DNA of 24,000 nucleotides from a filamentous cyanobacterium ESFC-1 (GCA_000380225.1 KB904821.1:5373661-5397660), one strand, 5' to 3'; shown: positions 8,232 to 16,499, numbered from the stretch's first letter. Numbers and translations: made by a program. Notes: a model not told the origin generated them from the letters alone.

Positions 8232-8464
8232 AAATCTATAAAAATTAACCCTATATTTGCCTATACCGCCTTTTTTGAGGGCGGTTCCTCTCCCCAAATT
8301 TATCGAGACCTCAATACTCTTAAATAGCCGATTGTGGGGTATTAAATTGAATTATGGTACTATCCCCATAAACCTAACTTTCATTAAGATACGATCAAAA
8401 TAGGATTGAGTAATTACTTCTAAAACAAACTGATAACTATTCACTATTAATTAATAACTGCTAT

Positions 8465-9199
8465 ATGTCATTTCCAAGTTGGTCTGAACGCACCCGTCAA
8501 TTGATTGCATTTTGGAAAGAAAAAGTTAATCCCACCTTAGCTTCACTCTTTTCCACAATCTGGATATTTGGTATTTCAATTGCGGGGCTGGCCTTATGGG
8601 GATTTGCCGAAATTTCCGATGAAGTCTTAGACAAAGAAACCACCGCACTCGATAAAAATATTTTACAAGCACTAAGGGAATTACATAACCCTCTACTCGA
8701 TCGCATTATGATCGGGATTACCTCATTAGGCGATCCTTGGATGGTGACAATTGTGAGTGTTATTGTTGCTATTGTTTTATCGCGACGGCGACGATTAGCT
8801 GGCGCGATTACCATTGGTATTGCCTCAGCAGGTGCTTGGGGATTAAACATTTTATTAAAAGATGTCTTTGCTCGCGATCGCCCGGTCTTGTGGGAACGGA
8901 TTATTGATGCTCAATTTAAAAGTTTCCCAAGCGGTCATGCCATGGTTTCGTTAGTAGTTTATGGCTTTCTGGCTTACTTACTCGCCATTCGCTTTCCACG
9001 ACGACAAAATTTAATTTATTTCCTAGCCATTATCTTAATTACTTTAATTGGCTTTAGTCGGTTATATCTTGGCGTACATTGGCCGACGGATATTGTCGCT
9101 GGCTATGCTGCCGGATTGGTTTGGTTGATGACTTGCATCCTCAGTTTAGAAGTGGTGGAGCGTTCTATTACCAAACGCCGACGATCTGAATCCAATTAA
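8465..9199 (+). CDS. PAP2-superfamily membrane phosphatase
   Basis: 244-aa multi-TM ORF carrying all three PAP2 motifs: KDVFARDRP, PSGH, SRLYLGVHWPTD. Confidence 0.85.
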   Translation: MSFPSWSERTRQLIAFWKEKVNPTLASLFSTIWIFGISIAGLALWGFAEISDEVLDKETTALDKNILQALRELHNPLLDRIMIGITSLGDPWMVTIVSVIVAIVLSRRRRLAGAITIGIASAGAWGLNILLKDVFARDRPVLWERIIDAQFKSFPSGHAMVSLVVYGFLAYLLAIRFPRRQNLIYFLAIILITLIGFSRLYLGVHWPTDIVAGYAAGLVWLMTCILSLEVVERSITKRRRSESN

Positions 9200-9242
9200 A
9201 TTCATTCGCTACAATTTTTCCCTGAATAAGCATTATTAAAAC

Positions 9243-9247
9243 GGAGG
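9243..9247 (+). promoter_or_regulatory. Shine-Dalgarno site for the usp gene
   Basis: ggagg lies 8 nt upstream of the ATG at 9256. Confidence 0.5.
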
Positions 9248-9255
9248 AATCCTTT

Positions 9256-9777
9256 ATGGTTTTTAAACGCATTGTTACCGCCATTGACCGCACCCCCTTA
9301 GAACAAGAGGTCTTTACCCAAGCCGCAGACCTCGCAGCCGCCCAAAACGCGGAATTATTGCTAGTTCACTACTTTTCTCATCCCATTAATCCTACAACTA
9401 CGCCCCCTGTAGGAACCGCAGCCGTGGCGGGTGTCGGGTTGCAGCCCACCGCCGGGGCGAATATGTACCCCGTCACCGCCGAAAATTTAGAACTACATCA
9501 GAATGCAGTGGATCAAGAACGCCGCGAGGAAGAAGCTTGGCTAGACCGCTATCGTCGTCAAGCTTCGGATGCGGGGATTGCGGTACAAATGGAGTGTCTG
9601 CCCGACGATGGCAGCACAGGCCGCCGAATTTGCGACACGGCGCAGTCTTGGAATGCCGATTTGGTTGTTTTAGGTAGCAAGAGTCGCACGGGCTTGGCTG
9701 AGGCGTTTCTGGGCAGTACGAGCAATCATGTAGTACACCACGCTCATTGTCCGGTGATGGTGATTCAGCACAATTAA
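9256..9777 (+). CDS. Universal stress protein (UspA family)
   Basis: 173-aa ORF. It starts RIVTAIDRTP and ends ADLVVLGSKSRTGLAEAFLGSTSNHVVHHAHCPVMVI (the ATP-binding-type Usp C-terminal signature). It carries an inserted Pro/Ala/Thr-rich loop. Confidence 0.85.
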   Translation: MVFKRIVTAIDRTPLEQEVFTQAADLAAAQNAELLLVHYFSHPINPTTTPPVGTAAVAGVGLQPTAGANMYPVTAENLELHQNAVDQERREEEAWLDRYRRQASDAGIAVQMECLPDDGSTGRRICDTAQSWNADLVVLGSKSRTGLAEAFLGSTSNHVVHHAHCPVMVIQHN

Positions 9778-9845
9778 GATGAAGAACCCCGGTTTCTTAT
9801 CTGTTTATCCGAATTAAGTTGGAATTTCACCACAAAAACTGGGAT

Positions 9846-9971
9846 TCTAATCTCGTTCCTTGGTTCCACCAAGGGACGCACCAAACGAGGCTCCGCCTCA
9901 ATTTTACAATAGATATACTATTAAGAAAAACCTAGAGGCGAGTTTACTTCTCAAATGAAAATACCATATAG
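9846..9971 (-). repeat. ~125-bp dispersed repeat, copy 2 (inverted relative to 4844..4967)
   Basis: Its reverse complement aligns almost base for base with 4844..4967. This copy has perfect hairpins gaggc-gga-gcctc and ccttggt-gga-accaagg. Confidence 0.75.
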
Positions 9972-10020
9972 TAATTACAATTAACTTTCAAGCAGTGATG
10001 ATTGATAGCATTTAGTGTTT

Positions 10021-10060
10021 GCCCTCACCCCCAACCCCTCTCCCAATTGGGGAGAGGGGC
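10021..10060. repeat. GC-rich hairpin repeat, copy C
   Basis: gccctcacccccaacccctctccc-aatt-ggggagaggggc. It has the same leader as 3105 and 3205 and a near-perfect 10-bp palindrome. It sits between the convergent usp gene and the ExbD-like gene. Confidence 0.6.
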
Positions 10061-10105
10061 TTATTATTAGTTCTTGTTTATAAATGTTCATAACAGATGG
10101 CACAT

Positions 10106-10807
10106 TTATTGTACCCCCACGGCGCGACCTTGGGAGCCAAAAACAATAGTGCGATCGCCCTCCATCGGTTCCCAACCCACATCAAAACCCTGTTCCCACG
10201 CTAATTCCCTCGCTTGACGAAAGCCGGTAAAACTATCAGGACGCACTAAAAAAGCCAAGTAATCGGTTTGCGGGTTGAGACCGTTTAAAACGTCGCGAAA
10301 ATTAGAAGATTCTTGTTGAATAGCTCGCGGATTTTCCCCTTCTATTTCGGGTAATGGGAGATAAGCAATTCCCGAACCGCCAGCAATTCGCGCTTCGTAA
10401 TAACGAGTCGTCGTACTATAATTTTGTAAGCGCTCTAGACGGCGTAATTCGCAGCGTTGATACTCCTCAGCCCGACTGATGTAATAATCATACATTTCGG
10501 GCAAAATATTACTGGGAACTTCAGGTTCTTGGCATTGGGGTAAACCCTGCATATAAAGGTCGAGTTGTCGCGAAACTTGGTCGGTATTGAGGTATTTAAT
10601 TTGGTCGTCTGTGACTTCAAAAAATTTGGGACTTTTGCGGGTATTCGACACCACTGGAGTCCGCACAATGGTTTCAACTTCTGCGGTTACCAAAGCCACA
10701 AATAAGCCAATAAACATCAACACCCCGACGGTATTGGTGAGAATATCTAAAAAGGAATCTAGGTTTTGAGTAGGAGACGACAAACGCCTCATTCTTCTGC
10801 GTCTCAT
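10106..10807 (-). CDS. ExbD/TolR-like single-pass membrane protein (233 aa), TM Asp retained
   Basis: The N-terminus MRRRRMRRL is followed by a TM helix SFLDILTNTVGVLMFIGLFVALV, with Asp21 at the ExbD/TolR/MotB position. The C-terminal block YLAFLVRPDSFTGFRQARELAWEQGFDVGWEP is paralogous to the upstream gene. It begins 3 nt after the upstream gene's stop. Confidence 0.7.
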   Translation of the reverse strand: MRRRRMRRLSSPTQNLDSFLDILTNTVGVLMFIGLFVALVTAEVETIVRTPVVSNTRKSPKFFEVTDDQIKYLNTDQVSRQLDLYMQGLPQCQEPEVPSNILPEMYDYYISRAEEYQRCELRRLERLQNYSTTTRYYEARIAGGSGIAYLPLPEIEGENPRAIQQESSNFRDVLNGLNPQTDYLAFLVRPDSFTGFRQARELAWEQGFDVGWEPMEGDRTIVFGSQGRAVGVQ

Positions 10808-10810
10808 AAG

Positions 10811-11287
10811 CTATTCGGGTGGGGTAGAGTTGGCGGTTTCTACGTTGAGTTTCCAGCCTGTATCCAGGGGTTCGTAACCCAGGTTAATGCCTTCTGCTTC
10901 GATGATACTGCGGAGTTCTGTAAAGACGGAAAAGGCATCGGGACGAACGGCTACAATAAAGTATTCGCGATCGCGATTTTGTTTGACTTGGGTAATAATT
11001 TGACCTAATGCTGAATTAGAATTAGAAAGTTGGTTAAGCGGGACAAATGTTTCTTGGGGATGAATAACGATACCATCCACGCGGGCTTCGAGATAACGCG
11101 GGGTTCTGGTTTGATTGGTTCCCCTTTCGTTTCTGACGACAATTTTAACTTCTCGTTCGCTACCGTAAGTTTGGCTGGTAATGACAATAATGAGTAAAAT
11201 TAAAGTACCAATGGTACAAGCCAAAACGGATAAAAAGGGGAATAATTCGGTTTCGATGGGTTTACGAGTAATTCGACGGCGACGCAT
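10811..11287 (-). CDS. ExbD/TolR-like single-pass membrane protein (158 aa), TM Asp replaced by Ser
   Basis: The N-terminus MRRRRITRK is followed by a TM helix LFPFLSVLACTIGTLILLIIVI. The C-terminal block YFIVAVRPDAFSVFTELRSIIEAEGINLGYEP resembles the ExbD periplasmic domain. It begins 20 nt after the MotA-like gene. Confidence 0.7.
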   Translation of the reverse strand: MRRRRITRKPIETELFPFLSVLACTIGTLILLIIVITSQTYGSEREVKIVVRNERGTNQTRTPRYLEARVDGIVIHPQETFVPLNQLSNSNSALGQIITQVKQNRDREYFIVAVRPDAFSVFTELRSIIEAEGINLGYEPLDTGWKLNVETANSTPPE

Positions 11288-11307
11288 CTTTTTTAATGTT
11301 ATTAATG

Positions 11308-12690
11308 TTAACTTTCGTCCCCTTCAACTAACATAATCCGGCGGGGTTTACCGAGTTGTTGTAATACTGGACGCAGTTGGGCTAAATTACTATCAATTTC
11401 CTTGAGGACGCGCTCTAGTTGGGCAGTTTGTTGTAGTTCTTTGAAGCTTTGTTGTAAGTTGGTTTGGAGTTGAGCAACTTCGATGATTTGATTGGTACAT
11501 TGTTCGAGGGCTTCAACGCGACTTGATAAAGCCAGACTGGTTTGTTCGAGTTGTTTTATAACTTGGGAAGATTGGGTTTCTAATTGCTGCGCGATCGCGC
11601 TACGATCTGTATTAATCGCCGTTAACATATTTTGGATTTCTTGTACCAACATTTGGCTATTTTGCTGTTGGGTTTCCCAAGTCTCTACGAAGCCTTTACG
11701 ATCTTTAAGGGCGACTTGGTTAACTTTACTAACTTTCTGTAAAATCTGGGTACTGGTTTCTTGAATCTGACTAATTTCTGTAACAAAAACTTGGGCAATT
11801 TCTGTGGCGGCTTTTTCGGCATATTCCCGCGCAGGTGCGACTAAATCTTGACTGTCAGGCAGTTTAGTTTCAACTGCTTCGATCACCGCTTTACGAATCA
11901 AGTCTGGGTTAATCGGTTCGGATTTATGGGGCAGTTTGGCGATTAAGTTTTCGTTGATATAGACATCAATGGCTAAGAGCAATCGCGACTCTAAACGCTC
12001 GACTAATACCAAAGGAATCATCACAATAACACTGAGTAACAAAGCCAGTAAAGTGGTATCAAAAGCCACGGCTAATCCGCCTGTAACTGTACCAATTCCT
12101 TCTTTAATTTGGTCGATTTCTCCCGCTTCTTCGAGAAAGCCAGAAAAGCCACTCACCGCTTGACTAATCCCGATTACTGTACCAATAAAACCCAATAAAG
12201 GAATAGCCCAAACCAAAATCCGAGGGACTGAAAAAGACGACTCCGACGCACTCGCATAAAAGGAAGAATCATCTAGAGCAATTTCTGTGGCAGTTTGGCT
12301 ATTTCCCGACTCAATATAAGCCTTGAGAATCCGACTACAGCGCAAGGGTAACAGATAGCTCATTCGTGCTAAGTTGTATTGCAGTTTAGCGACTTGTTGT
12401 GATTTAGCGTCTTCTAAACTGACATTATTGGGAATCCAATTACCCTTTAAGCTGCGGTATTCTTGCTGCAATTTAACAAACTTTAAACCGGTTACCATTG
12501 CCACAGTACAAGCTAAGAAAACCGTAATAAACTGGGTAAAGCCACGACGATAAAACAATTCACCAATCGTTGAATTTTGAACTGGGAATAAAATTACATA
12601 AATAATGACAAAAATTAAAACTGCACCCCCAACTGCCAGGGGTGTAGAAACATCAAGTTCTTGTCGTTCGAGGTTTGCCTTTGCTGCCAT
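11308..12690 (-). CDS. MotA/TolQ/ExbB-family proton-channel protein with long C-terminal coiled-coil tail
   Basis: 460-aa ORF with four hydrophobic helices in a 2+2 pattern. The family signature lies in the last pair: LVWAIPLLGFIGTVIGISQAV ... GGLAVAFDTTLLALLLSVIVMIPLV. Residues ~250-450 are Q/E/L-rich with a heptad-like appearance. Confidence 0.85.
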   Translation of the reverse strand: MAAKANLERQELDVSTPLAVGGAVLIFVIIYVILFPVQNSTIGELFYRRGFTQFITVFLACTVAMVTGLKFVKLQQEYRSLKGNWIPNNVSLEDAKSQQVAKLQYNLARMSYLLPLRCSRILKAYIESGNSQTATEIALDDSSFYASASESSFSVPRILVWAIPLLGFIGTVIGISQAVSGFSGFLEEAGEIDQIKEGIGTVTGGLAVAFDTTLLALLLSVIVMIPLVLVERLESRLLLAIDVYINENLIAKLPHKSEPINPDLIRKAVIEAVETKLPDSQDLVAPAREYAEKAATEIAQVFVTEISQIQETSTQILQKVSKVNQVALKDRKGFVETWETQQQNSQMLVQEIQNMLTAINTDRSAIAQQLETQSSQVIKQLEQTSLALSSRVEALEQCTNQIIEVAQLQTNLQQSFKELQQTAQLERVLKEIDSNLAQLRPVLQQLGKPRRIMLVEGDES

Positions 12691-12853
12691 TTAAAAATTA
12701 CCTGAATCGTTACATTGAGTTAGTGCGATCCTAGCAAAATTTTATAAAATTGAGCAGAATACTCCTTACTGTGTCTTACATCTGAAGGCGCGATCGCAAC
12801 TTTTTCCATCCTAGCTTTACTTTTACCGTTTGTACGGCTGTCAAACAACAATA

Positions 12854-14083
12854 ATGTCTAATCCTTTTTCGTCTCAGACGCATTTGTCTTCCCTACAAGT
12901 TCCCCCGCAGACGCTTCCTTCTCTCCTGCTGGGTTCAACTCATCAACTGCTGCAATTTACTTATAATGCTTCCCCAGGTAATTATGAGTTAGTCAGAGAA
13001 ATTGAATTATGGGATGGTTGCGACTATAGTTACTTAGAACCCCATTGGTTGCAAAAGTTATCTGATTCATTCATTATTGCCCCAGGAGTCAATATTTTCT
13101 CCCTACGAGAAGATATCCCTAGCAGACAATATCACGCCGCATTTCTACCCGATCGCAAATTACTAAAATTATCCCCTGATTTAGAAATTATCGCCGTCCG
13201 CGAACATCAAGAAATTGGCGCAATGATAACTGCAAATAACCGAGTTTGGCTGTGTACGGAAGGGAAATTTATTGTTTTAGATAATAACTTGGATTTAGTT
13301 GCAGAAATCGATCTTAATTTACACGGATTTACCGGCAATATTAAAAATGCTCACGATATTATTATCCACGAAAACACCGCCTATTTACTAGATAATGTGG
13401 TTCAACCAACTTATGTTTTAACCATTGATATTACTAATCCCTATCAACCGCAAATCCTCAATACCCTAGGGTTAATTGGAGTTAACCACCACCTCAAACA
13501 CCAATGGCTGAATCCCGCTTTAAAACAATGGCATATTGTACAAAGTTATGGTACGCAAGTCGAATCGGGAGAGAATATTTTGACGCTACCATTTGAGATA
13601 GAAACGGATAGTATTGACTTGAATCGCGGACAATTTTATGCTGGTTTATCTCCAGATAATCCCCAATCTATTCTACTCGCTCATCAAGCGATCGCGTCTC
13701 AATCTTTTAGAGAGCCTGAAGATTATTCTGGTATTACTATCGTTACAATTACCCCCTTACCGCCTCATTGGGCTGTGATTTACGAAAACAATCAATCTCT
13801 TTATTTCGCAGGGGTAAAAAGTCAAGAAAATATGATGAATATGATTATATTTAAACCTAGACTCAAGTTAGCCACCCTAGGAAACTGTTACCCTCCCAAT
13901 GCTCAAATTTGTCAACACAATAACTTATATTTTTTGATAATAAGAGCATTTTGTGATGATCAAGTTTGGACGCAACTTTTTGTCATTGATGTAACCCGAA
14001 GTCCACAAATTATTTTCAGTCAAGATTTGAGCGAATGGGGGGTAAATAGTTATAAAGTCGCCTTTAGTTTAGCTTCGTCTTAG
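12854..14083 (+). CDS. Hypothetical protein (about 409 aa from the ATG; the ORF track starts at TTG 12830)
   Basis: Long ORF with no TM segment or signal peptide and no confidently recognised domain. One stretch, AHDIIIHENTAYLLDNVVQPTYVLTIDITNPYQPQIL, weakly resembles an LVIVD-type beta-propeller repeat. Its stop lies 2 nt before the methyltransferase start. Confidence 0.65.
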   Translation: MSNPFSSQTHLSSLQVPPQTLPSLLLGSTHQLLQFTYNASPGNYELVREIELWDGCDYSYLEPHWLQKLSDSFIIAPGVNIFSLREDIPSRQYHAAFLPDRKLLKLSPDLEIIAVREHQEIGAMITANNRVWLCTEGKFIVLDNNLDLVAEIDLNLHGFTGNIKNAHDIIIHENTAYLLDNVVQPTYVLTIDITNPYQPQILNTLGLIGVNHHLKHQWLNPALKQWHIVQSYGTQVESGENILTLPFEIETDSIDLNRGQFYAGLSPDNPQSILLAHQAIASQSFREPEDYSGITIVTITPLPPHWAVIYENNQSLYFAGVKSQENMMNMIIFKPRLKLATLGNCYPPNAQICQHNNLYFLIIRAFCDDQVWTQLFVIDVTRSPQIIFSQDLSEWGVNSYKVAFSLASS

Positions 14084-14085
14084 AT

Positions 14086-14778
14086 ATGACATCTCAATTC
14101 AAACTCGAAAATATTGTTCCCTGGGGGCGTTCTTTTGCCGAATATCAAGCCATGTTTGGCTTAACGGCTGAAGACTTATCGGGTACAATTCTAGACTGTG
14201 GTGGTGGACCTTCTAGTTTCAACGCCGAAATGACCCAGAGAAACCACCAGGTTATCTCCTGCGACCCGATTTATCAATTTAGCGCCTCAGAGATTGAAAG
14301 CCGCATCCAAGCCACCTATCCTGTTATTTTACAAGGACTGCGCGATCGCGCCGATCGCTTTGTCTGGCAAGATATAAAAACCCCAGAACAACTCGGAGAA
14401 GTGCGTTTAGCCGCGATGCAACAGTTTCTCGCAGACTTCCCCACCGGAAAACAACAAAGCCGCTACCAAGTCGCGCAACTGCCGCAACTGCCTTTTAAAG
14501 ACGCACAATTTAGTTTAGCTTTGTGCAGTCATTTGTTGTTCACCTACTCCGAACAACTCTCCCTCGACTTTCACCGAGACGCAATCCTGGAAATGCTGCG
14601 ATTAGCCCCAGAAGTGCGGGTTTTTCCCCTGGTTGAAAACTTTTCCGGGGAAACTTCCCCTTATTTACAACCTCTGATGCAGCAATTGTCAGCTAGGGGG
14701 TATCAGGTCAAGATTGAGCAAGTTGATTACGAGTTTCAGCGCGAGGGTAATCAAATGTTGCGAATTTGCGCGGTTTAG
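14086..14778 (+). CDS. Class I SAM-dependent methyltransferase
   Basis: 230-aa ORF with motif I ILDCGGGPSSF, a downstream acidic residue (ISCDP) and post-motif FSLALCSHLLF. It is tightly coupled to the upstream ORF. Confidence 0.85.
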   Translation: MTSQFKLENIVPWGRSFAEYQAMFGLTAEDLSGTILDCGGGPSSFNAEMTQRNHQVISCDPIYQFSASEIESRIQATYPVILQGLRDRADRFVWQDIKTPEQLGEVRLAAMQQFLADFPTGKQQSRYQVAQLPQLPFKDAQFSLALCSHLLFTYSEQLSLDFHRDAILEMLRLAPEVRVFPLVENFSGETSPYLQPLMQQLSARGYQVKIEQVDYEFQREGNQMLRICAV

Positions 14779-14847
14779 GGTTTTGGTCAAGTGACTTATA
14801 AGATTTAACCCTTCTGGTTTCTGGGGCAGAATTTCTGTGAATCACGG

Positions 14848-14952
14848 CTATTGGTCGCTGCGGTAACTAAAGAAAACTGCCGCTAGAATAATTAAGCCTA
14901 AAAATGCCAAGGGAACCCAAAGATTGAGCCAATTAATATCAGTGGTAAGCAT
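14848..14952 (-). CDS. Candidate 34-aa single-TM micro-protein (speculative)
   Basis: Manual translation: MLTTDINWLNLWVPLAFLGLIILAAVFFSYRSDQ. It has one clear hydrophobic helix. There is no SD or terminator, and it is too short to score. Confidence 0.25.
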   Translation of the reverse strand: MLTTDINWLNLWVPLAFLGLIILAAVFFSYRSDQ

Positions 14953-15194
14953 AAATTATCAAAAGAGAATAGTTTTTGTGGATCGATGAAGAAATAAAAT
15001 TAAATTTAGTAAAAATGATTCAATCGCAGCAACCTCAGCCCTGACAATTTTAAGGATTGTGATGATTTTGGGGTGAAAGAAGCTCGCCGGGGGCAGGCTT
15101 TCTTACCAAAAATTCTGGGTCTAAAGCCCCGTCCTTAAAGGACGGCTTTTTATTAATTATGTTATGATTAGGGAACTAATTGGCATTTCGTAGA

Positions 15195-16499
15195 ATGCTT
15201 AACCTTTCGTATCAGTATAAACTGAAATTAACGGCAAACCAAGCCGCCGTCATTGATGAGTGGCTTTCAGTTTGTCGTTCGGTTTATAACTATGCACTGA
15301 GAGAAAGGAAGGATTGGGTAAACTCCCGCAAGTGTTTAGTAGACCGATGCTCAATTCGGTCGGAGTACATCATTGCTCCTGACGCAAAGCGCCCAACTTA
15401 TGCCAGTCAGTGTAAATCTCTGACTGCGGCTAAACGAACCCACCCAAGCCTAAAACTCCCTCAATCTCAAGTTCTGCAACAAACTCTAAAACAGTTAGAA
15501 GCAGCCTTCGTGAATATGTGGGATAGAGGGTTTGGGTTTCCGCGTTTCAAAAAGCATAAGCGGTCATTTGTGTTTCCACAAGTTAAACCGGATGCGGTTA
15601 ATGGAAATACGATTGACCTCCCCAAAATTGGCAAGGTAGAGTTTCACAACTCCAGAAATATTCCCGATGGCTTTTTTGTCAAGCAAATACGAGTTATCAA
15701 GAAAGCCAGTGGGTACTATGTCTCGGTTTCAATCCAATGCGACGTAGACGTTCCCGACGTTATGCCTCACGGCTATGCCATTGGGGTTGACTTAGGATTA
15801 AACAGCTTTATCGCCACCAGCGAGAACCAATTTGTCAAAGGACACAAGTTTTTCAAGGAATCTGAAGGCCAGCTTAAATCGCTGCAACGGAGACTGAAAA
15901 ATAAAACCAAAGGTTCAAGACGTTGGTTAAGAGTAAAGCACCAAATTGGGCTACTGCACGAAAAGATACACAACTGTCGCAAGGATTTCTTCTTCAAACT
16001 GGCTCATCAACTCTGTGATGAAGTGGGGATGATATTCGCAGAAGATTTAAATCTCAAGGCGTTAGGACGTTCAGCTTTAAGGAAAGCTTGCCTTGATGCG
16101 GCTTGGGGTTCATTTCTGAATATCCTCAGCCATGTTTGTTGGAAGCGTGGCGTGTATTTTGCCAAGATAGACGCGAATGGGACAAGTCAGATTTGTCCCC
16201 ATTGCGGAACCAACTGCGGCAAAAAGTCTCTGTCTCAACGAGTCCACTCATGCTCTAATTGCGGCTACACGACAGACAGGGATGTGGCGGCGGCTCAAGT
16301 GGTGAAAGAACGAGGATTAAGTGCGGTCGGGCAGGTCGTACCAATGCTCGTCGAGGGTAAAGACGAGGGGCTGTGTCCGCCACCTGCGGGCGGACTTTAT
16401 ATGCCCCGTATCGGGGCTGGGGTCTATACTCCAGCGCTTAGTCTCCCTATGACGCGAGAATCCCCGCTTATGACAGGACGGGGAGTTGTCAAAATGTGA
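15195..16499 (+). CDS. tnpB: TnpB RNA-guided endonuclease (IS605 OrfB family)
   Basis: The N-terminus MLNLSYQYKLKLTANQ is typical of the family. The RuvC triad contexts are intact (GVDLGLNSF, IFAEDLNLK, TTDRDVAAAQ). The zinc finger is CPHCGTNCG...CSNCGY. The ORF track extends to TTG 15180; I prefer ATG 15195. Confidence 0.9.
   Translation: MLNLSYQYKLKLTANQAAVIDEWLSVCRSVYNYALRERKDWVNSRKCLVDRCSIRSEYIIAPDAKRPTYASQCKSLTAAKRTHPSLKLPQSQVLQQTLKQLEAAFVNMWDRGFGFPRFKKHKRSFVFPQVKPDAVNGNTIDLPKIGKVEFHNSRNIPDGFFVKQIRVIKKASGYYVSVSIQCDVDVPDVMPHGYAIGVDLGLNSFIATSENQFVKGHKFFKESEGQLKSLQRRLKNKTKGSRRWLRVKHQIGLLHEKIHNCRKDFFFKLAHQLCDEVGMIFAEDLNLKALGRSALRKACLDAAWGSFLNILSHVCWKRGVYFAKIDANGTSQICPHCGTNCGKKSLSQRVHSCSNCGYTTDRDVAAAQVVKERGLSAVGQVVPMLVEGKDEGLCPPPAGGLYMPRIGAGVYTPALSLPMTRESPLMTGRGVVKM

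Noticed and set aside
7963-8241. 92-aa alternative frame overlapping the small hydrophilic ORF
   Set aside because: It has a TTG start without an SD. The internal Met at 8024 abuts the aggagga box with no spacer. The 8037 frame has better SD spacing and a clear duplicated motif. The choice remains uncertain.
8265-8285. Hairpin accgcc-ttttttgag-ggcggt as a terminator for the 8037 ORF
   Set aside because: The T run lies in the loop rather than after the stem, and no U tract follows on either strand, so I do not call it a terminator.
9781-9805. Possible terminator after usp (aagaac-cccg-gtttctt)
   Set aside because: The stem is short, AT-rich and bulged, and no clear T tract follows. The evidence is insufficient.
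9841-9900. tRNA-like 3' end (gagattagaatccc plus nearby stem-loops) within the 125-bp repeat
   Set aside because: There is no GGTTCGAATCC-type T-loop, no acceptor stem pairing, and no anticodon arm with proper spacing. The same sequence is a dispersed repeat.
10106-12690. Calling the MotA-like operon a Zorya defence system
   Set aside because: The partner proteins lack a recognisable OmpA/peptidoglycan-binding domain. No ZorC/D/E/F/G-like effector (nuclease or helicase) is adjacent. Only the tailed A-subunit architecture is reminiscent, so I keep it as a comparison rather than a call.
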